In this document: piece after piece, positions 17,807 through 27,012 of the stretch | Position numbering within the stretch: position 1 is the first letter of the stretch | How the letters are laid out: each line of letters begins with the position of its first letter | Origin: Gemmatimonadales bacterium | GTDB taxonomy: Bacteria; Gemmatimonadota; Gemmatimonadetes; Gemmatimonadales; GWC2-71-9 | Assembly (NCBI GenBank): GCA_041577295.1 | Contig: JBFGJG010000016.1 | Span: forward strand, 12,437 to 76,436 | Direction of reading: 5' to 3' | DNA: 64,000 nt | Notes under the pieces: model-generated | Seen by the model: the letters and a program-made list of their open reading frames with translations, nothing else | Told to the model about the DNA's origin: nothing | Database searches by the model: none | Position numbers and translations under genes: made by a program

Positions 17807-19015
17807 CTACCTTACTCCCCACCTCCCGCTGACCACACGCACGCCCCCAGCGTCACCCGGAACCGTCCAGGCGAAAAGCACCTCCTCGCTGGCGGTGACC
17901 ATCCGAGGAAAGCCGCTCGCGCGGTCATCTTCGGTCCGACCCACGACCCACGATGCCCCTTGCGTTCCGTCCCGATGCACGGTCCGGGCGCGGACTTCAG
18001 CACCAGTCGCCGTCGATTCGAGCCAGCTGACGAGGGCCGCTCGACCGGACTGATCAAACACAATGTCCGCACGCCCCCGAGGCATCCCGTCATCGACACG
18101 AATGGGAGCACCGAACGACTCGCCAGCATCCGTGGAGAAGGCGACCTGCACCCGGGCCGTGTCACGGGCGGCCGTGAACCAAGCGACGGCCACAGTGTCA
18201 TGTACCGACGCGAGGCGGGGACCGTTCACCGGACATCCTGGGTAGTGCCAGCCGTCAGCGGCGACAATCGTCGGAGCGGACCATCGCTCGCCGTCATACC
18301 GCGCGACGGCGATGTCCCGGATCTCACCTTCGGCGCGGTCACGGTATGCCGCCAGCAAGCCTCGTGATGTTCGGACCAGCGATGTGGTGCAGCACTCACA
18401 CGTGCGATCGTCCACGAGGACATCCTCACCCAACCCGTTTTCGTTGTCGAGCGTCGTTGCACGGATCGTCATGGCCCCGGCCATGGGGCCGTGGTCGGAT
18501 CCGTCCGTGCCCTGCATTTCTCGTCCATCTAACCAGATCAATGCGGTCCCTTCGCCCCACGGCACCATGGAAACGAACCCGTGTTCGGTTGGTGAGCGGT
18601 CGGTGTGTGGAACCAGCGGATCGCTCCAGGTCCTCCCTTTGTCGCGTGATAGCACCAGCTTCACGTGATAGGCGTAGGTGCTCGCGGCGACCTTCTCGAG
18701 CCAATGCACCACCCAGGTGCCATCGGTGAGTTCAGTGACAGAAGGAAAGTCCGCCCAATTGACGAAGAACGACGAGCCACGCGCCACAACCATCGGTGTT
18801 CCCCATGCCCCGTCGTCGGTACGTTCCGCGACCTTCAAGAGGTGCTCATCGCCGGACGCTTCGAACCACGTCATGAGGACACGACCATCCGCGGTGGCGA
18901 AGAGATTGGGTTCGCCGCTCCCAGGTGGCCCGGTGAATTCGGTGGTCACCCGCGGAGCTGAACAGGCTAATAACATGAGACTGAAGACAGAAACAAAAAA
19001 ATGGCCGGGCATCAT
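17807..19015 (-). CDS. BNR/Asp-box repeat (sialidase-like beta-propeller) lipoprotein
   Basis: Asp-boxes SRDKGRTW and STDAGESF. ATG-ATG at 19015 gives MMPGHFFVSVFSLMLLAC (lipobox). Confidence 0.75.
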   Translation of the reverse strand: MMPGHFFVSVFSLMLLACSAPRVTTEFTGPPGSGEPNLFATADGRVLMTWFEASGDEHLLKVAERTDDGAWGTPMVVARGSSFFVNWADFPSVTELTDGTWVVHWLEKVAASTYAYHVKLVLSRDKGRTWSDPLVPHTDRSPTEHGFVSMVPWGEGTALIWLDGREMQGTDGSDHGPMAGAMTIRATTLDNENGLGEDVLVDDRTCECCTTSLVRTSRGLLAAYRDRAEGEIRDIAVARYDGERWSAPTIVAADGWHYPGCPVNGPRLASVHDTVAVAWFTAARDTARVQVAFSTDAGESFGAPIRVDDGMPRGRADIVFDQSGRAALVSWLESTATGAEVRARTVHRDGTQGASWVVGRTEDDRASGFPRMVTASEEVLFAWTVPGDAGGVRVVSGRWGVR

Positions 19016-19181
19016 GCGTGCTCGCGTAGCAATCGTCGAAGGGATAGCGATCCCACAAATTGGGCGCAAGACACAGATGAGGTAAGGGGATAGAAAAAAA
19101 TAGAGATAATTAGGGGAAGACGGGTGTGCGCCACCGGTGTAGCTTGTGAGTTTCCATCAGGCATGCAGACGAGGAGGCATC

Positions 19182-19742
19182 ATGGCTCGTACGGTCTTGT
19201 TCGTAGTTTTGCTCACGCTCGGCGGGAGCGTGGCGTCGATTGGCTTCGCGCAGACAGGTAGCCCTACTGGCGGCGAGGTACCCACCGCCGCGTCGAGCGA
19301 CGTCGCTTCCGTCGACGGTATCATCGCTGCCCTGTATGACGTGATTTCCGGACCGGCGGGTCAGAAACGTGACTGGAACCGCTTTCGCTCGCTTCACCTG
19401 CCCGAAGCCAGGCTCATACCCACCGGGTTTCCCCAGGGGAGCACGCGGGCCCGCGCGCGCATCATGACGGTGGAGGACTACGTCAACAACAGCGGGCCAT
19501 TTCTGGAGGAGCGAGGGTTCTTCGAGATCGAGGTGGGTCGGGTCACCGAGCGATTCGAGAACATCGCGCACGTGTTCTCGACCTACGAGTCACGCTGGAA
19601 CCCGGACGACACGGAACCATTCCAGCGTGGAATCAACAGCATCCAGTTGATGTGGGATGGCGAGCGGTGGTGGATCGCGAACATCCTGTGGCGCGGAGTC
19701 GAACCGACGTTCCAAATCCCAGCCAAGTACCTACGGAACTGA
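19182..19742 (+). CDS. secreted protein of unknown function (possibly NTF2-like)
   Basis: ATG 19182 is preceded by GAGGAGG (19171..19177). Signal peptide MARTVLFVVLLTLGGSVASIGFA. Confidence 0.65.
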   Translation: MARTVLFVVLLTLGGSVASIGFAQTGSPTGGEVPTAASSDVASVDGIIAALYDVISGPAGQKRDWNRFRSLHLPEARLIPTGFPQGSTRARARIMTVEDYVNNSGPFLEERGFFEIEVGRVTERFENIAHVFSTYESRWNPDDTEPFQRGINSIQLMWDGERWWIANILWRGVEPTFQIPAKYLRN

Positions 19743-19811
19743 GAAGGGAAAGGGAAAAAGGGAACGGAGACAACTCGGCATCGGAGCCCGTTCCCATTTT
19801 CCTTTCTTCTC
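19741..19811. terminator. long imperfect GA-rich/CT-rich hairpin filling the whole convergent gap
   Basis: GAGAAGGGAAAGGGAAAAAGGGAACGG (19741..19767) faces CCGTTCCCATTTTCCTTTCTTCTC (19788..19811). The core pairing GGGAACGG/CCGTTCCC is perfect. The arms overlap both stop codons (19740..19742 and 19810..19812). Confidence 0.6.
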
Positions 19812-20448
19812 AGCGAAACCCGAACTCTACGCCAAACCTGACCACCATTGCTTGGAGCGGGACGTCCTGGCGGCGTACCTCACGGTCGAACCGTTGAAAC
19901 TCGAACTCCCCCAGCGCTTTCACTCGGCCGTCCGGCGTACCAACTGAGGTGCCGAGACCCAACTCCACGGCGAGGCCGGCAGTCCCGCCGCCGCTGAATT
20001 GCGAGGCGATCAGATACGCGCCGCGTCCCCAAACAGTCGCGATGCTGGACAGTGGGTATTCCGACAAAATGCCGACGCGGAAGATCCCGATCTCCTGCGT
20101 GGCGAACTCCGGATCGATGAACCGCCGACCGGCACCGACCTCGACAGCAACGGAACGCGCAACTACAAAGTGCGCGCGACCATCCACCTGCAGAATCGCG
20201 AAACCCGTCCCATCGCTACGATCGGAATCGAGATCGGCCCAATATCCTCGCGCTTCAAAGCCAAACCGGCCCACCCGGAGCCCAAGCAAGCCTCCGACAC
20301 CCAGGCCGTTGGCTTTGAGTGCTGACGTGACCTCGCTATGGGTGACGGCTACACCGTGAACGCCGACGCGAATTGCCTGCCCCATCATCTGGGACGGGCT
20401 CGAGATGAGCAGCAACCAGACGAAACCAACGACGGGGCGCACGATCAA
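19810..20448 (-). CDS. small outer-membrane beta-barrel protein (OmpW/porin-like), tentative
   Basis: Signal peptide plus alternating hydrophobic beta-strand pattern (RVGVHGVAV, GFEARGYWA, FGVEFGFR at the C-terminus). The start is TTG 20448 (TTGA overlap with the upstream stop) or GTG 20442. Confidence 0.65.
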   Translation of the reverse strand: MIVRPVVGFVWLLLISSPSQMMGQAIRVGVHGVAVTHSEVTSALKANGLGVGGLLGLRVGRFGFEARGYWADLDSDRSDGTGFAILQVDGRAHFVVARSVAVEVGAGRRFIDPEFATQEIGIFRVGILSEYPLSSIATVWGRGAYLIASQFSGGGTAGLAVELGLGTSVGTPDGRVKALGEFEFQRFDREVRRQDVPLQAMVVRFGVEFGFR

Positions 20449-21467
20449 TTGGCGGAGATTGGGAGGATGGCCAGCGTCACCTGACGCCGTCGTTGGTCAT
20501 TCTCGACAGCAATCTGCGCGTTGCGTTGCGCAATCTGCTCCCGGAGCAACTGGTTGTAGAGAATGTTGCCCTGGTTCGGACGAGGATCCGGTTTTTTGAG
20601 ACTCATGACGAAACCTGTGAGCAGAGAACCCACGCCAACGCCCAAGATGGCTGGTCGCACGCCCCCACCGAGGTCGGTGTCCTCCAGAGCCAGGGTCGCT
20701 GCACTCGACAAGCCTGCATACAGGACGGCAATCCCGAGGGGGCGCCAGTCCCGTGGTGGTGTTTCCATCTCGGGAAGTACGGTGTAGCCGGGCAGGCTGG
20801 TGAGATGTGGCATCGTATCGACGGCTGAGTGGGTGACGCGAAGACGAGTAGTCGCGGAGAACTCGTTACGTCCCTCGTTCGCGGTCGCAATCACCTGATA
20901 CTCGCCGGGCGGCACGGGGCTTCCCGTGGGCAGAAGCCCATCCCACCGGGCGGTGGTCGAGCCACTCGCGAGCAGCGAATCTACGACGAGCTCGACGCCT
21001 TGTCCCACCACACGGGTAACCGCGCGGCCGGCGCGTGACAGCTCAAAGTGAATCGGAACGCTTCCCTCTCCAGCGACAAACGACGCGCTATCCACCACGA
21101 GGCGTCGCACCACCAGCACTTGACCAAGTGCAGACGCGTACAGCGATGTGATCCTGGGCGACACACGCTCGACGTCGGGCTCGCGATCCGGGTCGAGAAA
21201 GATCAACTCCTTGAACGCATCGACGGCTTGACGCGCCGAATCAAGCACACCGTAGGAGTAGGCGAGCACCTCGTAGGCGAGAATCTGGTCGGCTGCGTTG
21301 AGCCGCTCCTGCTGAAGCGCGTTTCGCGCAGCGGTGATGGCACGGCTAAAGTCGAGAGCGTCGTACGCCGCCTTGGCGCGAACGACGGCGGGGTGTTGTT
21401 GCGCAGCAATCGGCGCCGGTGCTAGAAAGAGCGCCGTGAGAAGAAAGACACCGTGCCTTCGTGTCAC
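20445..21467 (-). CDS. exported protein with TPR-like N-region, FlgD-Ig-like fold and two C-terminal TM segments
   Basis: Signal peptide MTRRHGVFLLTALFLAPAPIAAQ. The segment ARWDGLLPTGSPVPPGEYQVIATA resembles FlgD Ig-like domains. TM segments LGIAVLYAGLSSAATLAL and AILGVGVGSLLTGFVMSL. GTG 21467 overlaps the kinase TGA (GTGA). Confidence 0.7.
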   Translation of the reverse strand: MTRRHGVFLLTALFLAPAPIAAQQHPAVVRAKAAYDALDFSRAITAARNALQQERLNAADQILAYEVLAYSYGVLDSARQAVDAFKELIFLDPDREPDVERVSPRITSLYASALGQVLVVRRLVVDSASFVAGEGSVPIHFELSRAGRAVTRVVGQGVELVVDSLLASGSTTARWDGLLPTGSPVPPGEYQVIATANEGRNEFSATTRLRVTHSAVDTMPHLTSLPGYTVLPEMETPPRDWRPLGIAVLYAGLSSAATLALEDTDLGGGVRPAILGVGVGSLLTGFVMSLKKPDPRPNQGNILYNQLLREQIAQRNAQIAVENDQRRRQVTLAILPISAN

Positions 21468-23089
21468 GGCTGTTCTTTCATCAACGGCTTGAGGATCCTG
21501 ACAGGTCGTGAGGGATCACCGGCTTCAACGGTGATCGTATCGGTAATCGTGACAAATCCTTCCCGCCGAATCTCGATGACATGCCGGCCCACCGGAAGTT
21601 CAACGCCAACCAAGGGGGCTTCTCCGTGGTCGCGGCCATTGATGAATACGGTCGCGTAGCTGACCACACCGCCATCGGTGACCCCGATGTTCAAATAGCC
21701 CACCCGCGGTAGTGGGGGAGGCTGCTGCACCGGTTCGCGCCGCGGCGGATCCCGGCGAGTCGGTGTGGCGACTAGCTCCTGCGTTGGCGCGGGCGTTGTA
21801 TCCACCGGCGGATTTGCTTGGGGCTGGCTATCAACGTTCGCGACGATAGTCGAATCCACAGCGCCGTCACTCACCGAAGACTGCGTATCAGGAGTGGCCA
21901 GCAGCGCCGTCTGTGTCGTTCCGTCATCCAGTGCCTCGCGCAGCGGAAGGGAGAAACCATCCCGACCCAAAAGCCAGGTGCCACCCGCGACACCACCCGC
22001 GGCCACCACCAGCACCCCCGCCATGACGACAACCGCGCGTTTGCCACCGCGCTGACGCTGCTTTCGTTCTTGCGGAGAGGTGATCTCGGTCGCGGCGTCG
22101 AGCGACGTTCGCGATAACGCACCGCCTGAAACTGAATAGCTGCGTACCGGATGCTCGGGCCACACTGCCGTAGCGAACTCCTCCATTGTGGGGAACCGAT
22201 CGTCCGCATCTTTCTCGATCGACCGATGGATCGCCGCACGCAGAAACTCCGACGCATCCGGTCGGAACAAGTTGAGCGGTGGCGGCATCTCGAAGATGTG
22301 CTTGTAAATAACGGTGTGGACCGAATCATCCATGAAGGGCAATCGGCCGGCCAGCATGCGGTACCCCACGATGCCCAAAGAGTACTGGTCGCTCCGTCCA
22401 TCGACCGGCATCCCCTTCGCCTGCTCAGGACTCATGTAGTGCGGCGTACCGATCACCTGTCCCGTGGTCGTGAACTGGTGCGCCGACTCGAGGGCCTTGG
22501 AGATCCCGAAGTCCGTCACCATGGCGCGGCCCTGGTCGTCGATCATGATGTTTGCGGGCTTGACGTCGCGATGAACGACGCCGCGAGAGTGGGCGTGGCC
22601 GAGCGCACACGAGGCCTCCCACAGAATCCGCTGCGCAACATCGACCGGGAGCGGACCGCTCTGGAGCAGTTGGTCGAGTGTACGGCCCGTCACGTACTTC
22701 ATAGCGAAGTAGTTCAGGCTTTCGCTCGTTTCGACCGCGTAGATCGGGATGATGTGTGGATGGTCCAGCTTGGCGGCGGTGCGCGCTTCGTGCTCGAACC
22801 GTTGGTAGAACTTCTTGTCACCGGACAGGTCGGGTGGCAGCACTTTGATCGCGACGGGCCGATCGAGCGAGAGATCCGTGGCGAGGAAGACGGCTCCCAT
22901 GCCGCCCCGGCCCAGCAGCTTCTCGATTTCGTACCGCCCGCGGACGGCCTCCTGCAAGCGACCCTGCAGATCCTGCGTCGTCCCTAAGCTGATCCGCGGG
23001 CTCGATTCGGGATCGTGGGTATCCGCACCGCACGCAGGACAAAACCGGCTTCCATCCGGCATCGCGGCCGAGCAGTGAATGCAGGTCAC
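21464..23089 (-). CDS. Ser/Thr protein kinase with N-terminal zinc ribbon, TM segment and C-terminal PEGA domain
   Basis: Zinc ribbon CIHCSAAMPDGSRFCPAC. Hanks motifs GRGGMGAVF, AIK, HRDVKPANI, DFG, SPE. TM segment AVVVMAGVLVVAAGGVAGGTWLL. PEGA-like segment VFINGRDHGEAPLVGVELPVGRHVIEIRREGF. GTG 23089 overlaps the upstream TGA. GTG 23098 is an alternative start. Confidence 0.9.
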   Translation of the reverse strand: MTCIHCSAAMPDGSRFCPACGADTHDPESSPRISLGTTQDLQGRLQEAVRGRYEIEKLLGRGGMGAVFLATDLSLDRPVAIKVLPPDLSGDKKFYQRFEHEARTAAKLDHPHIIPIYAVETSESLNYFAMKYVTGRTLDQLLQSGPLPVDVAQRILWEASCALGHAHSRGVVHRDVKPANIMIDDQGRAMVTDFGISKALESAHQFTTTGQVIGTPHYMSPEQAKGMPVDGRSDQYSLGIVGYRMLAGRLPFMDDSVHTVIYKHIFEMPPPLNLFRPDASEFLRAAIHRSIEKDADDRFPTMEEFATAVWPEHPVRSYSVSGGALSRTSLDAATEITSPQERKQRQRGGKRAVVVMAGVLVVAAGGVAGGTWLLGRDGFSLPLREALDDGTTQTALLATPDTQSSVSDGAVDSTIVANVDSQPQANPPVDTTPAPTQELVATPTRRDPPRREPVQQPPPLPRVGYLNIGVTDGGVVSYATVFINGRDHGEAPLVGVELPVGRHVIEIRREGFVTITDTITVEAGDPSRPVRILKPLMKEQP

Positions 23090-24762
23090 GGACGCCACGT
23101 TCGAATCGTCTCCAGTACCCCGTTGGCCGCTGGCGGCGGCGTCTGGCGTCCCAACTCACGCTTGCTGCGTAGGAGTTCGAGCTCGCGAGCAAGGACGTCG
23201 GCCGTCGGTGCGGAGGTGACCCCACTGGACGTCGTCAACGACGACGTGAGCTGATACGCGGCCGGCACGCCGGCGAAATCGAAGACGACGAGGAAGTAGT
23301 TGCCAGCCTGCACGAACTGCGTGAGGGCCTCGGCATCTCCCGCGTTCGTCGCCGCTCGCAAGAGCACGAGCGAATCGGGACGGAAATCGCCGAGCAGATA
23401 CAAGTCCACATCCGCGTTCGCCGTGCCATCCGTGACGGCCGTAACACTCAGCGCCTGGCCGCCTGCCGGGACTGTGAATCGGAACCAGTCGATGTCGTGG
23501 GGATTGTCGATGGTGAGGGTCAGACCACCCTGTGGAAGCGGCCCCGCGACATCGCAGTAGTCATTCTCCTCCTCGCTGTCACGCGGGAGTCCCGTCAAAG
23601 AAAAATAAGCGGGAAAGATCAAAACTTCGTAAGAGGCCGGCTCACCCTGGGCCACGAACGGGACGAAAACGTGGTAGGTCCCCGCGGGAAGGTCGGCGAG
23701 CGCCACAACCGAAAACGGAAACGGTACCTCCGCGAATGGCTCCGGCTCACCAAACCGCGTGGGCAGGAGTCGATCGCAGTAGTACGAACTGCGCCCGATC
23801 GCCCACGCCGAGCTACCGAGATCGAACGTCCGGGCGTCGATGTCCCAGAAGATCGAGTCGGTCACCAGTGGAATGAAGGTCTCGGCGCCGACCATCTGGG
23901 AGGCAACGACGATCGTGCGATCGCGTTCGCCCGTGTTCTCAAACGTGTACCAGTCGACAGCTTCTTCTGTCTCCTGGCGGAATCGAGGTTCAAATGCGAG
24001 CGCCGGGTTCCGAAACCCGATGGGGATCGGACCGAGCGCTGCCGGCAACGTGTCGTTGAACTCGTAGAGATCGCGTTGAATTATCCTCAGCGTATCCGGG
24101 GCAAGGATGCCGCCGTTGAAGCCGATGATGAACAGCTGCGAAGACAGTTGCGCCGGTGGTGGCACCCACACGAAGAGCCGCCCCAGCCGATTGCGCTCGG
24201 TGGGATCGTCCGGGACGTACTCGCGAATTTCCGCCTGGATACCGCCAACGGTCACGGCGAAGAGCGATTCGGGCGCGAGACCGACGCCAAAGATCTCGAT
24301 GACATCGCCAAACCAAGCGTTGCCCGGCTGTCGAGCAGCATTCTCGTTCCGAATGCTGTCAACCTCGAGCAACCCACGGACCCGTACCGATCGCTGCGCA
24401 CGGCCTGCTCCCTCATAGCCCAGCGCCACCGCCGTGACGGTGGCGGTCCCAACACCCACTGCCAGCAGCTTGCCCCCCTCTGTGACGCTCACGACGCCGA
24501 CGTCGTCAGACGTGTATCGGATCACCGCGTTCGAGATAGGTTTGCCACCGGCATCTTCCAGCCGGGCTCTGAGTTGCAGGCTGTCCTTGATGAACAGATT
24601 CGCCGGAAGCTCCATCTCGACCTGGAGTTGGCCGGATCGGTCGGTCGGGACGAGACATGCCTGGAGCCCCACCACCACCCACAGCACGGGCGCGCGATAC
24701 GACAATTTGTGGCCGAAAAGCTGCAAACTCACCTCACAACACGAGGTTAGCCTGGCGAACAT
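23086..24762 (-). CDS. lipoprotein with Big_2 Ig-like domain and C-terminal PPC (pre-peptidase C-terminal) domain
   Basis: Lipobox VVVGLQAC. Big_2-like segment YTSDDVGVVSVTEGGKLLAVGVGTATVTAV. PPC-like segment DIDWFRFTVPAGGQALSV...DVDLYLL. Confidence 0.75.
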   Translation of the reverse strand: MFARLTSCCEVSLQLFGHKLSYRAPVLWVVVGLQACLVPTDRSGQLQVEMELPANLFIKDSLQLRARLEDAGGKPISNAVIRYTSDDVGVVSVTEGGKLLAVGVGTATVTAVALGYEGAGRAQRSVRVRGLLEVDSIRNENAARQPGNAWFGDVIEIFGVGLAPESLFAVTVGGIQAEIREYVPDDPTERNRLGRLFVWVPPPAQLSSQLFIIGFNGGILAPDTLRIIQRDLYEFNDTLPAALGPIPIGFRNPALAFEPRFRQETEEAVDWYTFENTGERDRTIVVASQMVGAETFIPLVTDSIFWDIDARTFDLGSSAWAIGRSSYYCDRLLPTRFGEPEPFAEVPFPFSVVALADLPAGTYHVFVPFVAQGEPASYEVLIFPAYFSLTGLPRDSEEENDYCDVAGPLPQGGLTLTIDNPHDIDWFRFTVPAGGQALSVTAVTDGTANADVDLYLLGDFRPDSLVLLRAATNAGDAEALTQFVQAGNYFLVVFDFAGVPAAYQLTSSLTTSSGVTSAPTADVLARELELLRSKRELGRQTPPPAANGVLETIRTWRP

Positions 24763-25015
24763 CGCTGTTTGCGTGTCGCACTGTCAAGCCAAATGGGTCA
24801 CAATTCTAAGATTTTGTCCCACAGAAAGTTAACCGCGACACGCTCACGACCCAGTGGGTCTTGAGCTACCCCTCTACGGGGACGCCCGTTCCTTGGAAAT
24901 ATCGGCGGGATCGGCCGGCTGAGTCGGAATCGGTGCGATGGCAACAAGAGTAGCGACGGCAGTGGCAGACGTGTTCCTCCTTCCGTCTTTCCGTCCCCCG
25001 TCGTATCTCCGTCTC

Positions 25016-26947
25016 ATGTCCACCTTTGCGTGGCAACCCTCCGAGCAGCGGATTGCACACGCCAATGTGACCCGCTTCATGCGCGCTCACGGCATCACGG
25101 ATCTCTCAACGTTATATCGGAGATCCGTGGAAGAACCTGAGTGGTTTTGGGATGCGGTGGTGCGTGATCTCGGCATCGAGTTCGCCGAGCCCTATCACAC
25201 CGTGCGGGACACGAGCAAGGGCATCCCGTGGACTGAGTGGTTTCTCGGCGGACGGCTGAACGTCACGGTCAACTGTCTGCATCGTCACCTCGCCGACCGT
25301 GGTGACGAGGAGTGTCTGATCGCGGAGCGGGAAGATGGAGCGGTGATGCGCTACACGTTCCGCGAGCTGGCGGAGCAAGTGAACCGGTGCGCTGCGGGCT
25401 TGCGCGCCGCCGGAGTTCGCCCGGGCGATCGCGTGGCCGCGTACATGCCAATGGTCGCTGAGGTGGTAGTGCAAATGCTCGCCACGTTCCACGTCGGTGC
25501 GATCTTCATTCCCATCTTCAGCGGCTACGCACCGGCCGCGGTGTCCGAGCGGCTGCGCGGCGCAGAGGTTCGTCTCGTTTTCACGGCCGATCGCTCAGTC
25601 CGCCGCGACAAGAGCATCTCCATCAAAGAAAACGCAGATGCCGCCCTTGCGGACGCGCCGTCCGTCAGCCGCGTCGTGGTCGTCAAAGGATACCAGGACG
25701 ACGTTCCATGGGATCCCGGGCGCGACGTGTGGTGGGAGGACTTCCTTCGCTCCGGCAAATCGACGGCGAGCGAGATGGTGCCGTCGATGCACCCCGCTCT
25801 CATTCTGTTCACGTCCGGGACAACGGGCCGCCCCAAAGGAACCGTGCACAGCCATGCCGGTGCGCTAGTGCAGATCGCGAAGGAGGTGGGCTACGCCTTC
25901 GACATGAAGCCAGCGGACCGGTTCTGGTGGCTCACGGACATCGGATGGATGATGGGCCCCTGGATGATCATTGGCGGGCTGTTCCACGGCGCCACTATCG
26001 TGCTCTACGACGGTGCCTTCGACTACCCCACACCGGGCCGACTGTGGGAAATGATTGCGCGGCATGATGTGACGGTCTTTGGAATCTCCCCAACCGCCAT
26101 CCGGCTCGCGATGCGCGCAGGGCATCGACACGTCGCGAAGCACGATCTCTCGAGCCTGCGAGTTCTGGGATCGACCGGAGAGCCGTGGGACGAAAAGTCC
26201 TGGTGGTGGTTCTTCGAGCATGTGGGTGGGAAGCGATGTCCGATCATCAACATCTCGGGTGGCACCGATATCATCGGCTGCTTTCTCTCACCGCTACCCA
26301 TCGACCGCCTCAAGCCCTGTAGTCTCGTCCGCCCTGGGCTGGGCATGGCGGTGGACGTATGGAACGAACGCGGCGAGCCGGTACGCGAGGAGGTTGGCTA
26401 TCTGGTGGCGACCAAACCGGCACCCTCAATGACGCGTGGCCTGTGGAACGATCCGCAGCGATACATTGAGTCCTACTGGTCGAAGTGGGAGAACGTCTGG
26501 AACCACGGTGACTGGGCGTATGTCGATGCCGACGGCCAATGGTTTCTCCACGGCCGCGCTGACGATACGCTCAAGGTGGCAGGGAGACGGATCGGCCCCT
26601 CCGAAGTGGAGGGCGCATTGATCAAGACCGGGAAGGTGAGCGAGGCTGCAGCGATCGGCTTGCCACATGACATCAAAGGAGAGGGAATCGTCTGCTTCGT
26701 GGTGCTTCGCCCCGGCGTCAAAGCGAGCGAAGCTCTACGTGAAGAGCTGTCCGGGGCCGTCGTCGATCAGCTGGGAAAGATCGACCGCCCGGAGGGCATA
26801 CGCTTCGTCACGGATCTCCCCAAGACGCGAAGTGCAAAGATCGTGAGACGACTCGTCCGCGCGGTGTGCCTCGGCGAAACGGATCTGGGCGATCTCTCCT
26901 CGGTCCAGAACCCCGAGGCGATCGACGCGATTCGAAATGCGGGATAG
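25016..26947 (+). CDS. acetyl-CoA-synthetase-family AMP-forming ligase
   Basis: Motifs FTSGTTGRPKG, STGEPW, GRADDTLKVAGRRIGPSEVE and the C-terminal LPKTRSAKIVRR (A10 lysine). ATG 25016 gives MSTFAWQPSEQRIAHANVTRFM. Confidence 0.9.
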   Translation: MSTFAWQPSEQRIAHANVTRFMRAHGITDLSTLYRRSVEEPEWFWDAVVRDLGIEFAEPYHTVRDTSKGIPWTEWFLGGRLNVTVNCLHRHLADRGDEECLIAEREDGAVMRYTFRELAEQVNRCAAGLRAAGVRPGDRVAAYMPMVAEVVVQMLATFHVGAIFIPIFSGYAPAAVSERLRGAEVRLVFTADRSVRRDKSISIKENADAALADAPSVSRVVVVKGYQDDVPWDPGRDVWWEDFLRSGKSTASEMVPSMHPALILFTSGTTGRPKGTVHSHAGALVQIAKEVGYAFDMKPADRFWWLTDIGWMMGPWMIIGGLFHGATIVLYDGAFDYPTPGRLWEMIARHDVTVFGISPTAIRLAMRAGHRHVAKHDLSSLRVLGSTGEPWDEKSWWWFFEHVGGKRCPIINISGGTDIIGCFLSPLPIDRLKPCSLVRPGLGMAVDVWNERGEPVREEVGYLVATKPAPSMTRGLWNDPQRYIESYWSKWENVWNHGDWAYVDADGQWFLHGRADDTLKVAGRRIGPSEVEGALIKTGKVSEAAAIGLPHDIKGEGIVCFVVLRPGVKASEALREELSGAVVDQLGKIDRPEGIRFVTDLPKTRSAKIVRRLVRAVCLGETDLGDLSSVQNPEAIDAIRNAG

Positions 26948-27012
26948 GCGCGAACGGCGGGAGAGACGTCATTGGCGGGATTGGAACACTCCCCATCCCA
27001 ACGCACGGCAGC

